From Guillardia theta CCMP2712 (lineage: Eukaryota > Protista > Cryptophyta), in the NCBI RefSeq assembly GCF_000315625.1, contig NW_005434667.1, forward strand, positions 797,061 through 861,060: 64,000 nucleotides of DNA. Reading direction: 5' to 3'. Each line of letters opens with the position of its first letter. Position 1 is the stretch's first letter. Below are positions 12,101 through 25,371 of the stretch, piece after piece. The notes under the pieces were generated by a model. That model did no database searches. It worked only from the letters and a program-made list of their open reading frames with translations, and had not been told where the DNA came from. The translations under genes and the position numbers were made by a program.

Positions 12101-12221
12101 CGACAAGTAGAGAAGATCATAGCGAACAAGTCTACAAGTCTGTTGGAACTCGCGGAGGGAGATGGGGAGGATGAAGTAAACTACATTCATGAGGTTCAGT
12201 CGACACATGCTCAGAGCTTCC

Positions 12222-13063
12222 TCACGTGCCCCCCGTCTTATCCTCCTCCAGCATCTTCTTCACTCTCTCCCTCTCTGCCCTCCCGAACTCTCGCACCTTC
12301 CTGAGGAACCTCTTCTCGGATCGCTGTGACGCAAAGAACTTCTTGTTCTTGTGCATATTCCTCCAGAAGTAGCCCGAGGTCCGCAGCACGTGATCTCCAA
12401 TCATGCTTCCTCGGCCGCCATAGTCCTCCTCATCAACCTGGTCGATCGGCCTCATGCCGTCGATGTTGATCTCGTCCCCGTAGATCTGCTGCAGGAGCTC
12501 CTCCTGCTCTAGCACCTCCGCCACCTCTGTGTGGTTGTTCAGCCTCGCGACTGTGCGCGGGTAATGCATCGCCATGTTGCAAAGATTCCACGAGCATCCC
12601 ATGAGCAGCAGCAGCTTCGTCATCTCTGAGCAGGCACGCCATGTCAGTTCAACCATGCTCGGCTGCACGCAGAGGCACGATCACCTAAGTTCCCCATCGC
12701 TGCTGCCATGTGCAATGCAGTGCAGCCGAAGTTGTCCACCTGCTGTAGGTCGGCTCCATGCTGGCAGAGGACCCGCACAGTCTCGACACTTCCTGCGATG
12801 ACGGCGAGATGCAGAGCGGTCTTGACGAGCCCATCCTTGTTCATGTACTCAGCGTTCACTTCAGCTCCTTCCGTCAGGAGCCTCTGCACTGCCATGGCTT
12901 CTCCTCGCTGACACGCTTCCCACAGCTGCAGGTCGATTTCGATCTTGCCCTCGTCCGGGAGTGGACCGGAGTTTCCTCTTCCCGGACCGATCTTGCATAT
13001 CAGCTTCGCTTCGCCCATGCTGACAAGCAGCAGAGGCAAAGCCCAGCGCTGGAGCCGTCGCAT
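12222..13063 (-). CDS. Ankyrin-repeat protein with predicted signal peptide (multi-exon)
   Basis: 'MRRLQRWALPLLLVSMGEA'; 'TALHLAVIAGSVETVRVLCQHGAD', 'GCTALHMAAAMGNL'. Confidence 0.85.
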
Positions 13064-13275
13064 CGAGAAGAAGCCGTCAGGGGAGAGAAGAGAGAGGAGG
13101 AGGCAGAGAGAGCGCAGGAGAGCAAAGCAGCAGCAGGATGGAGCCTGGGAGCAGGGGGCGTGTGGCGGAGGGCAAAGGTGTGGTGGGGGGCGATAATCTG
13201 GGCGATAATGGGAAAAATAGGGGAAGGGTCGGAAATCGGGCCTTGAAGCAGGACAGGGTGCGGCGGCGGCGGCGG

Positions 13276-13361
13276 AGGAGGAGGAGGAGGAGGAGGAGGA
13301 GGGGAGGAGAAGGAGGAGGAAGAGAGGGAGGAGGAGGAGGAGAGGGAGGAGGAGGAGGAGG
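13276..13361. repeat. (GAG/GGA)n purine microsatellite
   Basis: Seen directly. Confidence 0.9.
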
Positions 13362-13372
13362 AGAGCTTGAGA

Positions 13373-16300
13373 TCATCGTGAGGATTTATTCGAAGACATC
13401 TTGTCCCTCAATCGACGTACAACTTCGTTTGGCTGCACCCCCTGAGCAAGCATGCCTCGTCAGGACGTGCACAACCCCTCCCCCTCCCCACCCTACTCAC
13501 ATCCCCTAGCCATCTCCCCCTCCCCACCCTACTCACATCCCCTAGCCATCTCCCCCTCCCCACCCTACTCACATCCCCTAGCCATCTCCTAACCCCACAC
13601 TACTCACATCCCCTAGCCATCTCCCCCTCCCCACCCTACTCACATCCATGACCATGTCACTGTAGATCATGTCGAAAGTGTCCTTCTGATCCTGTCAGGT
13701 ATCTCAGAGGCCTTCAACTCTGATGGCTCAGCTTCACCGCCCGAGCGGCCGCTTGCAGAGCAGCACTGTACATGTACAGGTCAGGCGGCAGGCCATGCTC
13801 GCGGGAAGACGAGAGCAGCTCCACAGCCTCGTCGACGAATCTTGCCTGCAGACGCGTTCGTGTCGTTGGCAGTCAGCATACAACCAAAAGTACACCTTAC
13901 TATCACCATCACCATCGCCATCGCCATCATCATCACCATCGCCATCGCCACCATCACCATCAGCACTAGCACCATCATATCGATAAGATCGCCGCCATCT
14001 ACAACCTGGCCAAGCGCTCCGATCATTGTGGCATACATGCGGTGGTTTCTGTCCGAGTATGGGATCGTTCGAAAGAGGTTGTAGACCTGCATGCACGCAT
14101 GAGAGGCGATGGAAGGAATCTCCTCCCTCACCCTCGAGATGTGCTCGGGGTTGCCATTCTGCTTCGCCGTGTTGATCAAGCTGGTGAAGGTGAAGGCGTC
14201 GGGCTTGACGTTCTGGTCCAGCATGTCGAGGAACAGCTGCATCCCGAGCTCGAACGAGTCGTCTCCTGCGCTCATCTTCTTCTCATCCCCCGTCTCTGCG
14301 CTCGTCCGTGCAAGCTCGGCCAGGGCGCGGACTTGGTTGGCAGTCGCTGACGCGTCGACGATTCTGCTGACGATGTTCCTTGCGTAGAAGGGATTGTTAG
14401 ACGCGCTGACGAGCGACTCTGACATGGAGCTCATGCTAGATGCGATTCTTGCCGTCTCATGGGCATCGATGAGGCCCTGAGGCGAGACCGCGTTGTCCCA
14501 TCTCAGACGGGAGTGCATCCACGTTGCCCCAGCGTCGAGGAGCGTCTCGTTGGAGTAGACGTTACCGTTCTTCTCCGGAAAGGAGGATGCGAGGGACGTC
14601 GAGTAGAACTGAGATTGCGGGTTGCTGATAAACTCTTTCACGCGCATGCCGACCTCCATGCTGTCTTTCGCTCCTGCCAACTCAGCAACCTTGCAGGCTT
14701 CCATGAGCAAGGAGAACGAATCAGCGCTGGGGACCACATCGGCTTCCTTCATGAGCTGCAGGGCTTTTAACCCTCGTTTCGGAGTCTGACGGCCCTCAGC
14801 CGACGCTGCTGCACATGCTGCGAGGAGAGTGTTGAAGGATATCACGTCCGGCTTGAGCCCCCTGCTCTTCATCTCCTCGACAAGCTGAAAGGACTCTTCG
14901 AGCATGCGCTTTGCGAACGCCTTCTTGCTCATGCGAACCTCGCGATCCCCTGCCTCCCTCTGCAAGTCGACTGCGTTCAATCTCCCCCTTGCTGCTGTTC
15001 TGCTGCTCCCTGTGCTCCCTATCCTTCCTCGATTTTGCGAGCTTTGAGACTTCCGCCCTTCGATGGTCTTTCGTGCTGCGCTGGCAAAGGCTTTCAGCAG
15101 GGTGTTGTATGAAGTTGTGTCAGGCTCCAGCCCCTGTGTCATTGTTAGCCAAGGTGAGCATGAATGGACCGTCTCACTTCTTTCTGCATGGTGCCAATCA
15201 GATCCGAGCACTGCTCAATGGCCACCAGATCTCCACACCTGAAAGGACAGAAGGGCAGGGTGTCAGTGACATGCAAGATACTAGAGCGTTACACAACCTT
15301 GCGCAGCAATCCATCAGGGTATTGTAGGTCCTCTGGTTGGGCTTGAGGCCCTTGAGCTTCATCTCCTTGAGGAGCTTCCAGCACTCCTTTGCTGCCATCG
15401 GTTCATCAGCAGCGCATTTCGCACAGCCACTCATCAGCGCATTGTACGCGGCCTGTTCGACGACTCGTCAGATATTGCCTTGAAAACTCTTTCAGGTTAT
15501 GACCTCTGTGATGTTCACACCACTCCTATCCATCGAAGACAACAAGTTTCTTGCGATCCGAAGACAGTCGTCAAGCCCGAGCTTGTTTGCAGCTGCGGCA
15601 CAGGTGGAGATGGCGCTGGTGAGAACGAACTCATTGATCGGCAACTGCCTTCGCTTCATCTCATCAAGAAGGTTCAAGACCTGCCAACCTAACGGTGAGA
15701 ACGAAGGGAAGGCTGTCACAGGGACCGCCAGCCATCACCTTCTGAGGGGCTCTCCTGTCTCCTGCGAGAGCTTTGCTCTTGTACAGTGAGATGTAAGACG
15801 AGTAGAAAAACTCATTCGCGCTGCACCCGCTGTCCTCCAGCATGCCTGCGACCAACACCGCCTCCTCCTCTGCCCCTGCCTTAGCGCACGTGTCCATCAA
15901 GAAGACGAATGTGTAGCTGTTCGGCTCCACTCCCACCTCGCGCATCAGGTCGAAGACACGGAGTGCCGTGCTCACGGCGGACTTACCAGATCCCCTCCTA
16001 GCAGTGGTTGAGCACGACTTGATCGCGTTGTTGAATTCCCTGACATGGAACGAGGCCGCAGCGTCGGCCCCTCCCTCGGCCATCTTGATCCTGACCAGAG
16101 AGATGAAGTTCAACGCGTCTTCCAACGAGTTTGAAGCTTCACTCTGTAAAACCCTCAGAAACCTTTTGTTCCTTCGCCCGCCTTCGTTGTCAGAGTCTCT
16201 CGCTCCCCCCATGCCATCCATGCCCTTCAATGGCATCGCACGTCTCTTGCAGTTGCTTCCAAGACTTCGAGCAGGTCGCCATGGCGCGCGAACCGGTAAG

Positions 16301-16512
16301 GCGAAGCCATGACGAGGAGCGCTGTCGACAAACTGCCCGAGCATGCGGCTTATGCGCGCTGATCTCCAGGAGCAGCCAGGGGATGCAACGAACCCAACCT
16401 CGACCATCGCGAGCTTCACGGCATGTCGCTGAGATGAGAGCTCATGCTGCAGGTTCTGCCGGCTCTGACTGATGCATGTGAAGGCGAGGAGGACGGGAAG
16501 TAGCGACCGCAT
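13373..16512 (-). CDS. Pentatricopeptide-repeat (PPR) protein with probable bipartite (signal plus transit) leader (multi-exon)
   Basis: Repeats 'GVEPNSYTFVFLMDTCAK', 'GLKPNQRTYNTLMDCCA', 'GLEPDTTSYNTLLKAFA', 'GLKPDVISFNTLLAACA', 'VKPDAFTFTSLI'; N-terminus 'MRSLLPVLLAF...GFVASPG' then an R/S-rich stretch; last exon ends GVQPNEVV...SR*. Confidence 0.88.
13478..13647. repeat. 36-bp minisatellite, about 4.7 copies, inside the last PPR intron
   Basis: Unit CTCCCCCTCCCCACCCTACTCACATCCCCTAGCCAT at about 13478, 13514, 13550, 13586 (variant) and 13621 (partial). Confidence 0.93.
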
Positions 16513-16716
16513 TAGCAGCCCCGACTTCTCTTTGTTCCACTTCGAGCAGACCCATAGTGGGTGGGGTACGATTGGGAATATGCCCGGGTGGGGGTGGGGC
16601 TGGGCTGGGGCGGGTCAGCGAGCGAAGTAAACAGGCAGACGGGAGGACCATGCAGCGGAACGAGGCGAGAGGAGAGGAGGGTGCAGGAGCGAGGAGACGA
16701 GCATGAGGAGGGCAAC

Positions 16717-17967
16717 ATGATATGCGTGGAATGCGGTCAGCCCGTGAACGACTTGCATCATCAGTTTCGAGGAGCGGGGATCCGGTTGACCAGATGCGAG
16801 TACTGCGGTTGTGTAGCCGACAAGTATGTTGAGCACGAGCTTGTTATCATCTTCCTGGACCTCGTCCTTCATAAACCACAAGCATACAGACATGTCCTGT
16901 TCAACAGGTATGGGTTTCAGCTGCGAGCTCCCGCGTTCATGCTGAGATTGCAACAGGTCAGAGTACTGCGATGCAGGAATTTCCAGCCGAGACGCGCAGC
17001 TCGCCTTCTTCGCTGTCATTCTAGAGGCCTACAGTCACACTCAGAGTCGTGACAATCACAACAGGTCCCTCCTTAATTCTGCTTCTCATCTGACGTTCTG
17101 GAGAAAGCTGGGCAGAGCTAGCACAGTCAAGCGCCTGGAGGGGATACACCCCACCGCCAGAGGCTTGGAAGGTGGTCCTCCTCAGTATGTGCATTTGCTG
17201 AGGCCTGCTAGGAATATGCTCTCTTGCTTCTGTTTTGTCTCGCGAAGGTAAGAGCGGAGTGTCTTGCGTTCGTTCGTGACGTGTGCTCCAGCTTTGCATC
17301 TTCTGCATTCTTAGTGTAACAGCGGCTTTTGTGTTGTTCCAAAGGTGGGGGATCCCCGTTGGAGGAAGTCGAACAATCTAAACCAGAGTACACAGGAAGT
17401 ATCCCATCATCAAATACAACTATTTGGTGCTTTGAGTCGCTCATTTATCCACCATGTTTGACGTGCGTGGATTGCAGGTTAAGTCAATCATCCTGAGTAA
17501 CTTCGGGAGATGCTTCTGCGTCTTGATGATGATATGGGATTATGACTCACCACGGTGATGGATCAGAATTTCATTTCATGATGCAATCTCAATGATGCCC
17601 TGTAGGTTTCTCTTAACGATGATCAATTTGTTTGTGTTCTCGTCAAACTTCGTTGCCATTCAAGGTTGCACAGGGTTGGACTTTATTCACACTCACTGAT
17701 CATTCAAACCCCAAGTGTGGACAGGCTCTACGCGCATGGCTCCTTTCTTCATCCTGCTGGTACCAGCAGCCGTGCTGTTCTATTCTTTGTTCTGAGTTGA
17801 CTAGGCTGGATGGTCGGCGAGGCTCCTTCTTGAAACCTATGTCTTCACAGGATTGGGTGAAACGGAATCAATCTGTGTACACAATTCTTCTCATGCATTC
17901 TTCAGGCTACAAACCAACTGCTGGGCTGCTATCGCTTCGGAACGACACGGATATCATGTTTTCCTGA
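16717..17967 (+). CDS. ARV1: ARV1 family ER protein (multi-exon; 3' end approximate)
   Basis: 'MICVECG...IRLTRCEYCGCVADKYVEHELVIIFLDLVLHKPQAYRHVLFN' is the Arv1 homology domain; later 'IILSNFG..F.VLMMIWDY'. Confidence 0.9.
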
Positions 17968-18012
17968 TTCTGCTTCTTCAAACGTGGCCATGCAAGTGCA
18001 GAAAGACTTAAA

Positions 18013-19035
18013 TCAGCTCTTGGTCAAGTTCAAGGATTCAAGGAACAGCTTGCTGTCTTCAAGGAAGGCCTCAATCGCCTCCCTCGCCTTCTCCTTACTA
18101 TCTCCTTCTTTCCACTTCAGCGCTGCGGGATTCCATTCAGCTTCAACGTGGGCAGCATCACGAATACCTGGCATGAGCCGTATCTTGCCCTTGTAATCAT
18201 GGACTAGGCCAGCCTTCTCCCAGTGTGACGCCGCTCTCAACAGCTCGTCGTGCGCTTCTTTGCCGTAGCACTGGAAAATACGATGAGAAGGTTGCCGTCG
18301 CACAAGGGACGAGGAGAGTCAAGCAAGAGTAAACAAGACAACATCGCAAACAACACGATGCGCTCGAGCACGCACGAGGATCTGGTCGGAATCCTGGATG
18401 CACTCAGGGTTTATCGGTCTCGCGTTCCCGCTGGGGTCCAAGTGACTCGTCAGCGCAGCCCATCACAACATGTCACCTCAGCCACAAACGAAACTCCGCT
18501 GCAACCTCCGTCAAGGCCGGCTCAGGTTCCTTGCCGTGGAACGAACTCCTACGGCCATCACTCAGCGCACGCCCGCGGCAGACACCAGCCCCCACCATCC
18601 GTTGGGGAGGAACCAGTCCTTCCTGCCTCCCCCTGCTCCACGAGACTCCACCGTCAAACGATGATGCAGGCCGTTGGATGCGATGAACGACTTCACGTGG
18701 GTCTCAGCTATCTTGGAGCTGCCCATGGTCTTGTCAGGAGGGCTTCGAGCACCTTTGGCCTCACCTCTCAGTATTTGTCAAGCATACACAACATATCCTG
18801 ATCAACGAGGGAGCGAAGCCAATATCCACAACTTGTCGCCGGGCCCAGGATCTCCATCGGTTGTACTTCATCAGCTCCATGCATGTCGGGTTGTTGTACG
18901 TCTGCGCATGAGCTTCTGGTGACAGGGGTCCATCGATGCTACCAGGCATTTCAATAGCTTCGCTTTGAAGCAAGTAAAGGCAGATCAGCGCGATCGTGAG
19001 GCACCTTCCACTCTTTCCATTCTGCCTCTGCATCA
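18013..19035 (-). CDS. Unknown protein with signal peptide (multi-exon, model approximate)
   Basis: 'MQRQNGKSGRCLTIALICLYLLQSEA' leader, coding-like internal exons, and a terminal exon after the 'tattttccag' acceptor ('CYGKEAHDELL...NLTKS*'). Confidence 0.55.
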
Positions 19036-19656
19036 TCTCTGTACGATGGCGAGGAATGACACCCATGTCGTACGAGTCATATCTTAACCATATCACACCG
19101 TTCATTCTCTTTCCGACATGTCTTAGAGGCAATCAGCGTCGCTCTGCTTCTCCGTCTCTTCTCCTTATCCCCATGCCGACGCATCGGCCATCCCTGCCTC
19201 GCATCGGCCGCAATGCACCGAACAAAACAATGCTAATTTTTCAGAAATAAATCTATTCGAAGAAATTTAAAGTTAATTATTGATAAATAAAGTTGATCTC
19301 ATTAATTTAAGGGTTTTCTGTTTAATTTAATCTTAATTTATTTCCTAAGGCCAAAGATACCCCACCCACACTCCACATGTTCACATTATCCACCCCTGCC
19401 TTGAAATTTGGTACCCCTCTAGTTTTCTGATGACCCCCTATTTGGGATCAATATTCCCTCTACCTGCACCTCCCCATCTCCATCTTCAATATTCCATATG
19501 GTCTCTAGTCTTTTAAAGGACCATGTTGATAGAAACAACTATTTTCTTAGTACCCCTTCGTCTATACCCCTGTATCTCAATATATCACGCACCCCCCGAG
19601 TGGCAGTACCCCCAAAGTTTAGTATACCACCCCACACGACCCGTCTGCACGCAGCC

Positions 19657-22600
19657 ATGCCGCTGAGGCGCGGGTGGGCCTTCGCGCTCATGGCGGCGTT
19701 GATGCTGAGCCATGCTCCTCCTCTGTGTATCTCCTCATCGAACATGATCAAGTCAGATGGATCCATCACCTCCAGCCTTCCTTACCTAGAGGAGCTCGAG
19801 GCCCTGATCCAAACGGTGAGGCCTTGTACATGCTGGACCTGCTTGAAAGGGGATGGACCCGGGCAGGGATCTGACGTCCTTTGGTCCACAGAGAAAGACA
19901 ATCAACGTTTCCATCACTCCTCTATTGTTAGTTATCAAGGCCAGGTTGTTTGCATGCTTGCCCAGTTGTCTTCAAAGCGATCCGACAGGCTACGAATATC
20001 TACTGAACCATGTCTTATCCAGCGAAATCTGCTCGCCTATGGTGGGGCAATTCGTCGTGAAGAACTTAGCGGAATCCGGATCCATCGTCATCGAATCTTG
20101 CAAGAGCGATAGAAATCAGTTCCGACCGTCCAAGTTCCCGAAGAAGGTCAAGTCAAGTCGGGGAAGTGAGACCGGTCGCTGACTGCATATTTTGTGTAGA
20201 CTCTTCAACCTGGCGAGAGTCTTACAATCTCAGTCACGTTCTTGGCGCATCAGGTGGGCTCCGTAATCGGGACCCTGACAATCCAGACGTCCAAGGGGAA
20301 ACTTACGCTAGAGGTCATTGAGTGGTAGAGTGCAGGATCTCGTGATCCAACTTGGTGATTCCACAGGTTACGGGCCATGCATGGTACAGCACGTTCTCCA
20401 TGGAGCCTCGGGTTGGGATCAAAGTGAGGGTGGGAGAGAACTACAAGACTTCATTCGAAATCCGCAACCCGTACGGCTCCCTCCCTTGGTGTCCCTTGGT
20501 TGTGGCTGTGACGATGGAAACAGGTTTGAACATCCCCTTCGAGTCCATGAGATATACACGAACGAGGGGTTCCTTCATCTGATGTTGCCAAAGAAGTGTA
20601 GTTCCACTTCCAAGGATAATGAGTCTCTTTGGGAGGTGAACTGCTTCCCTCCTCCCTCCCTCCTGCTTTCCTCCCCCTTCCCTCTTCTTTGAGAACCTGT
20701 TCCATGACACGATTGCCCGGTAGATTCGACCCATGTCAAAGAAGAAAGTGATTAATCTCATATTCGACAGCACTTCCGTCGGCACCCACGTCGGAATGGT
20801 GAATGACTGAAATGATGTGAGTGACAACTGAGGTCGCGAAGGTTCATATGAGGACATCAGCTGGGAATTTCATAGTTCCTGTGGAGATCCACGTCGTGCC
20901 GTTGTCATTAGCCGTCTGGCCTGAGATGCTTGACTTTGGGATATTGACGTCTCCGACATCAACAAAAATTTTAGACATCATGTTTTTGCAAGGATACTTC
21001 AACCTAGTCTCCCTAATCGACGTTGTGCTTTGCTGTCTTCTACGTGATTGTGTACTAATGTATTCTCGTGGGACCAGGCCCGCCCGCAGCAGAGCGAGCC
21101 TTCGCTCAAGATTGTAATCAAGAAGCATAGTCTAGCGGGGCTAAAGACCAACGCAGAATACCTGCTTGCGCAGGTATGCACTTTCCTTTGATCGCTCGTG
21201 TCTTGAACGCCTGTTCCCCTACAGGTCACATTTTCTGGGAAGACAGAAGGGGACTTTCAGGGGAAGATCATTCTGGAAGCTAATAAGACAGATTCAACCT
21301 TGTATGTGATGCAGGTGAATTACAGAGCACGAGTTGTACACGGATACCTGGACCACGACAAGCAGAATACATCTTTCATAATGCGACAGGATTTACAGTA
21401 CCCGCTGGTTCACCATCTCACCCTTACGAACATGTTCAAAGTCCCGATTTACATTATCTCTGTTCTCATCCGTGGAAGTTTCTTGGAGGTACGTTGAAAC
21501 CTGAAGGGTATCGGCTGACGATTGTACAAGTGTGACTTCCATGGAGGAGAAACTCTCCTAAAGCCGAAACAATCGAGCTCAACCATCCGTATCAGCCTGA
21601 CGAACACTTCAGATCCTTTCATCGGGGAACTTGTCGTATTCACCAGCCTCATGGTAAGGAGGACGCAACTCATGTTGTTGTGTCGACTCACTAGACATTC
21701 TCAGACCTTCCGGATACCCTTGCCAGTATACCATGGGAAGCTAGATTTGAGCGAATCTGACCGCAACGATGGTTTTGGAGTCATTGCGATCAACCAGACC
21801 TCGCGCAAGGTGATCAAGATTTACAATCGGAACCCTGCCCCGATCACGGTCTTAGAAGTTCAAGTCGATCAGCACCCTTCCTACGAGCTCTCTATCGAGA
21901 CTTCGGATTACATCGAATCCCCAACTTGTCTCTACTTTGCAAACATGTCAGAGTACGGCAAGAAGGGTTCAAAATCTAACAACGGGAACTTGATGTTTTC
22001 TGTTGAAAGAGCTGATTACATTCAAATCCACGTCTCAGTCTACTCGAAGGCAGTGGAATCCGTCCACGGCTCGCTCATCTTGCGGTAAGGAGAGCCTGTT
22101 CACCGCGGAGGGGCTGAAGACTTTTCCAGGACCAAGTACGAAGTGCTGAACATCTCCCTAGATTACAGGAGTATAGAGGGGAACATCTACATCTACCCGA
22201 ACCCCCTGTACTTCGAGACGTGAGTGAAGGGGATGATGTTGATGAATGCTAACCCTCCACTCCCAGTTGCTCGTCCAGCCAGATCAGAACGCAGACTTTG
22301 GTTGCTGTCAACACCTTTCCCTCAACTGTCAGAATTCTCTCAGCCGAGGCGTCGGACCCAAGGCTGGAGCTGACGGTGAGGGAGTCGAACCTGGAGCCTT
22401 CATTACCCATGATCTCCGGCTTCGTCATCCTGGATGTTGACAACTCGCTGTGGGGGGACACTTACTTGATGTGGGCCAACCGGAAGATTCTGTTTGCTAG
22501 CCGAGGATCCTTTGTTGACGACATCGACATCGCAGAGCACAACTGGATGCATGAAAGGTGGGATGAAGTGGTGAAGACGAGTGGGACAGAGTTGAAAATG

Positions 22601-24867
22601 CACATCACTTTCAACTTCAACGTGAGCATGAAGGTCAAGATTCCTGTCATTGGCAGCATCTCGCTCCCAGACTTCTTGGATCGAAACATCTTCTTCGGGA
22701 CAGTTTACGTGGGGAGTTGGTCTACTGTGAATCATTCGCTGGAAAACCCTTCCTCTCTCACGACGTTCTTCAAGGTTGTGCTCCCTAACGCGAGCATTGA
22801 GCCTACTGCCCAGGGGTTTGACATCTGCCAAACTGAACGGGCCTGCTTCATGGAATCTGACTTCCTCATTCCTGCAACTTTCATGTCGGGCATCGTGATC
22901 GGCCGACGGTCTGGTGTCAACATCACCAACATGATCTTTGCACCGAAGAGAGCAGGGAAGTTCAAATCAAAGTTGTACCTCAGAAACAACCTCACCGCCC
23001 TCGTGGAGTTCACTCTGTATGGAGTCGCAGAAGAGCCATCCCTGGTAGTCACTGGCGAAGGCTCCAAGGCGTGTACGTTGTCTCGCAACGTACCAGCATC
23101 GAATTGCCGCTTCCACCTGCCTTGTCATGACAACCAGACGTCAGGCACGACGGAGTCCGACGGAACCTCCTCGTTCTTGCGGACCTTCAAGATCTCGAAC
23201 CCTTCGAGGCTTCCGATAGTGATCTCGAGTGTATCCTTCGACGGTGTCACTTGCAGCAGCCGAGGCCTGTCGTTGCAAGACTGTCAAGGTTCCAAGGAGG
23301 TCAATCAAACTCACCCGCTCGACATGCGGATCAAGGGCAAGCTTTCCTACTGCGAGCAGCCAGTCCTCCACACCCTCGTCATCCACACCCACGTCGGAAA
23401 GTTCCAGTTTGAGCTGCTCAACAGGGAGCATGCAACAGACTTGGTGATGGAGGATGCTCTGAAGTACCTGACGAGCTCTCCTGCTCATTACTCTCACTGC
23501 CTCATCGCCGGAGTTTCCATGTCCATCCTGATCCTGGCCTTCACCTTCCAGGTCAAGCACAAGTCAAGGCTAAGAGGCAACCCGAACCTCCGGCAGATCA
23601 AGGTCCCCAGCATCCCCGCAGACAGCAGGAGCTACTTCTACGAGACTGAGCTCCACATCAAGTTCCTCCAGAACAGGAAGAGGTCGGTCGAGAGCCCGGA
23701 GGTGACGATCAAAGCGGAGGAGGAGAAGCTTCCTGTGCCTGTTGGGAAGATGGTGGGCAAGGGCAAGGCTGCCAAGTCAGGAGGCCCTGCAGGAGAAGGA
23801 GTGTACATAAACGGGACGCCGAAAGGGAAGCTGGAGGAGGAGGAGAAGGGGCCACTCAGTGCGAAGTCCATGGATGAGGACAGGGGGCAAGAGCAAGCAG
23901 ATCGTTTGGGGCCACAACAGGCTGAAGGCAGGCGCGAGAAGACGGAGGAGGGAGAGGGAGAGGGTCTTCAGCGGGGGGAGCAGGAGGAGATTAAGGTACC
24001 AGGGAAGGAGGAGGAGTTGGCTGTACCTTCCGAAGGCTACCAGATCTTCATCCCGAAGGCGGTGGGGCTGATACCCGGGGCCTTCGGGAGCCTGGAGGAG
24101 GGGAAGGAGAAGACAGAGAGCTTCGGGGTGTTGGCGCCGCAGGAGCCGCTAGGGGGCAATGGGAGGGAGATGCTCAACCCTGACTTTCCGCTAGACGAGC
24201 TGCAGCAGGAGATGTTCGCCTCGCAAGACTTCGAGGATGGGGACATGGGACCGCAGGGTGTCATGTGGGAGCCCATGGCTCCACCCACTACCTCCCTACT
24301 CCCCGACGCGAATGCTTCGTAAGTCCACCCCTGTCGGCTCTCCCTTTCTCTGCTCCTCCTGCTCCTGCTCCTTCTTTCTTCCTGCACCTTGTTCCTTCTC
24401 TTCGTCATTCCCGATTTCCTCTTCCTTCTTGCCCCCCTTCCTTTCCTTCGTCCTCCTCTTCCACGACCTCCTCCTGCGGTTTCCTTCCCATACCTCCTCA
24501 TCTTCCCATCTCTTCGCCCAATTCTCTCACTATCCTCCTCCTCCCCATTCTCTTCTCCTCACTAACAACCTGTGCTCGCAGCGGAGGTTTCTCGCTATTC
24601 CCAGGCTTGGGCTCGCCATTCGCCCAGCCCCCGCTGCAGACCAGTTCCTCTGCCACGTGGACGGCTTCTGGTATCGCTCTCTTCAATCAACCTGCTATCT
24701 TCCAGGACGTGGGCTACCTCGGAGGGGTAGCAGGGCCTCTCCCCCGGCAGGCGGAGGAGGAGGGGAAGGAGGAGAGCTCGGAGGCGGGGAGGGAGGAGAA
24801 GGACTTTGACTTCATATTCCCCTTCCCCTCGCTCGAGCCAGACCCCCACAAAGACTTCCGCTTCTAG
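19657..24867 (+). CDS. TMEM131-like protein (multi-exon)
   Basis: Signal peptide 'MPLRRGWAFALMAALML'; TMEM131-like segments 'SFEIRNPY..LRVHEIYT..GFLHLMLP', 'PEMLDFGILT', 'SKLYLRNNLT', 'RTFKISNPSRLPIVI...C'; TM 'CLIAGVSMSILILAF'; low-complexity cytosolic tail. Confidence 0.85.
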
Positions 24868-24881
24868 CGCAGAAAGCGGCG

Positions 24882-25046
24882 TTACCCTCTAGGAGGGACC
24901 TTGTATATTGATAAATGTTGTTGTCGTTGAAGCGTTGCCGAGTTGATCAGCTGCTGGAAAGGATGGGGACGAAGAGGGGGACGAGGACGAGGACGAGGAC
25001 TCAAAGTTAAAGAGGAGGACGAGGACGAGGACTCAAAGTTGGAGTG

Positions 25047-25133
<87 letters not shown>

Positions 25134-25311
25134 AGCGGTCAAGAGTATTGTCCCGCTGACATGTTTCATATACTTTACAAATTTTCTACACAACAATCGA
25201 CAAACCCCCATCATCATCTCTTGCGGCTTGAGAGTCGTCATGATGATGAACATGATGATCTCCCTGTTGAAAGTCAGAGCCTCCTCCTGCCCCTGCCCTG
25301 CCTCCCTTCCT

Positions 25312-25371
<60 letters not shown>

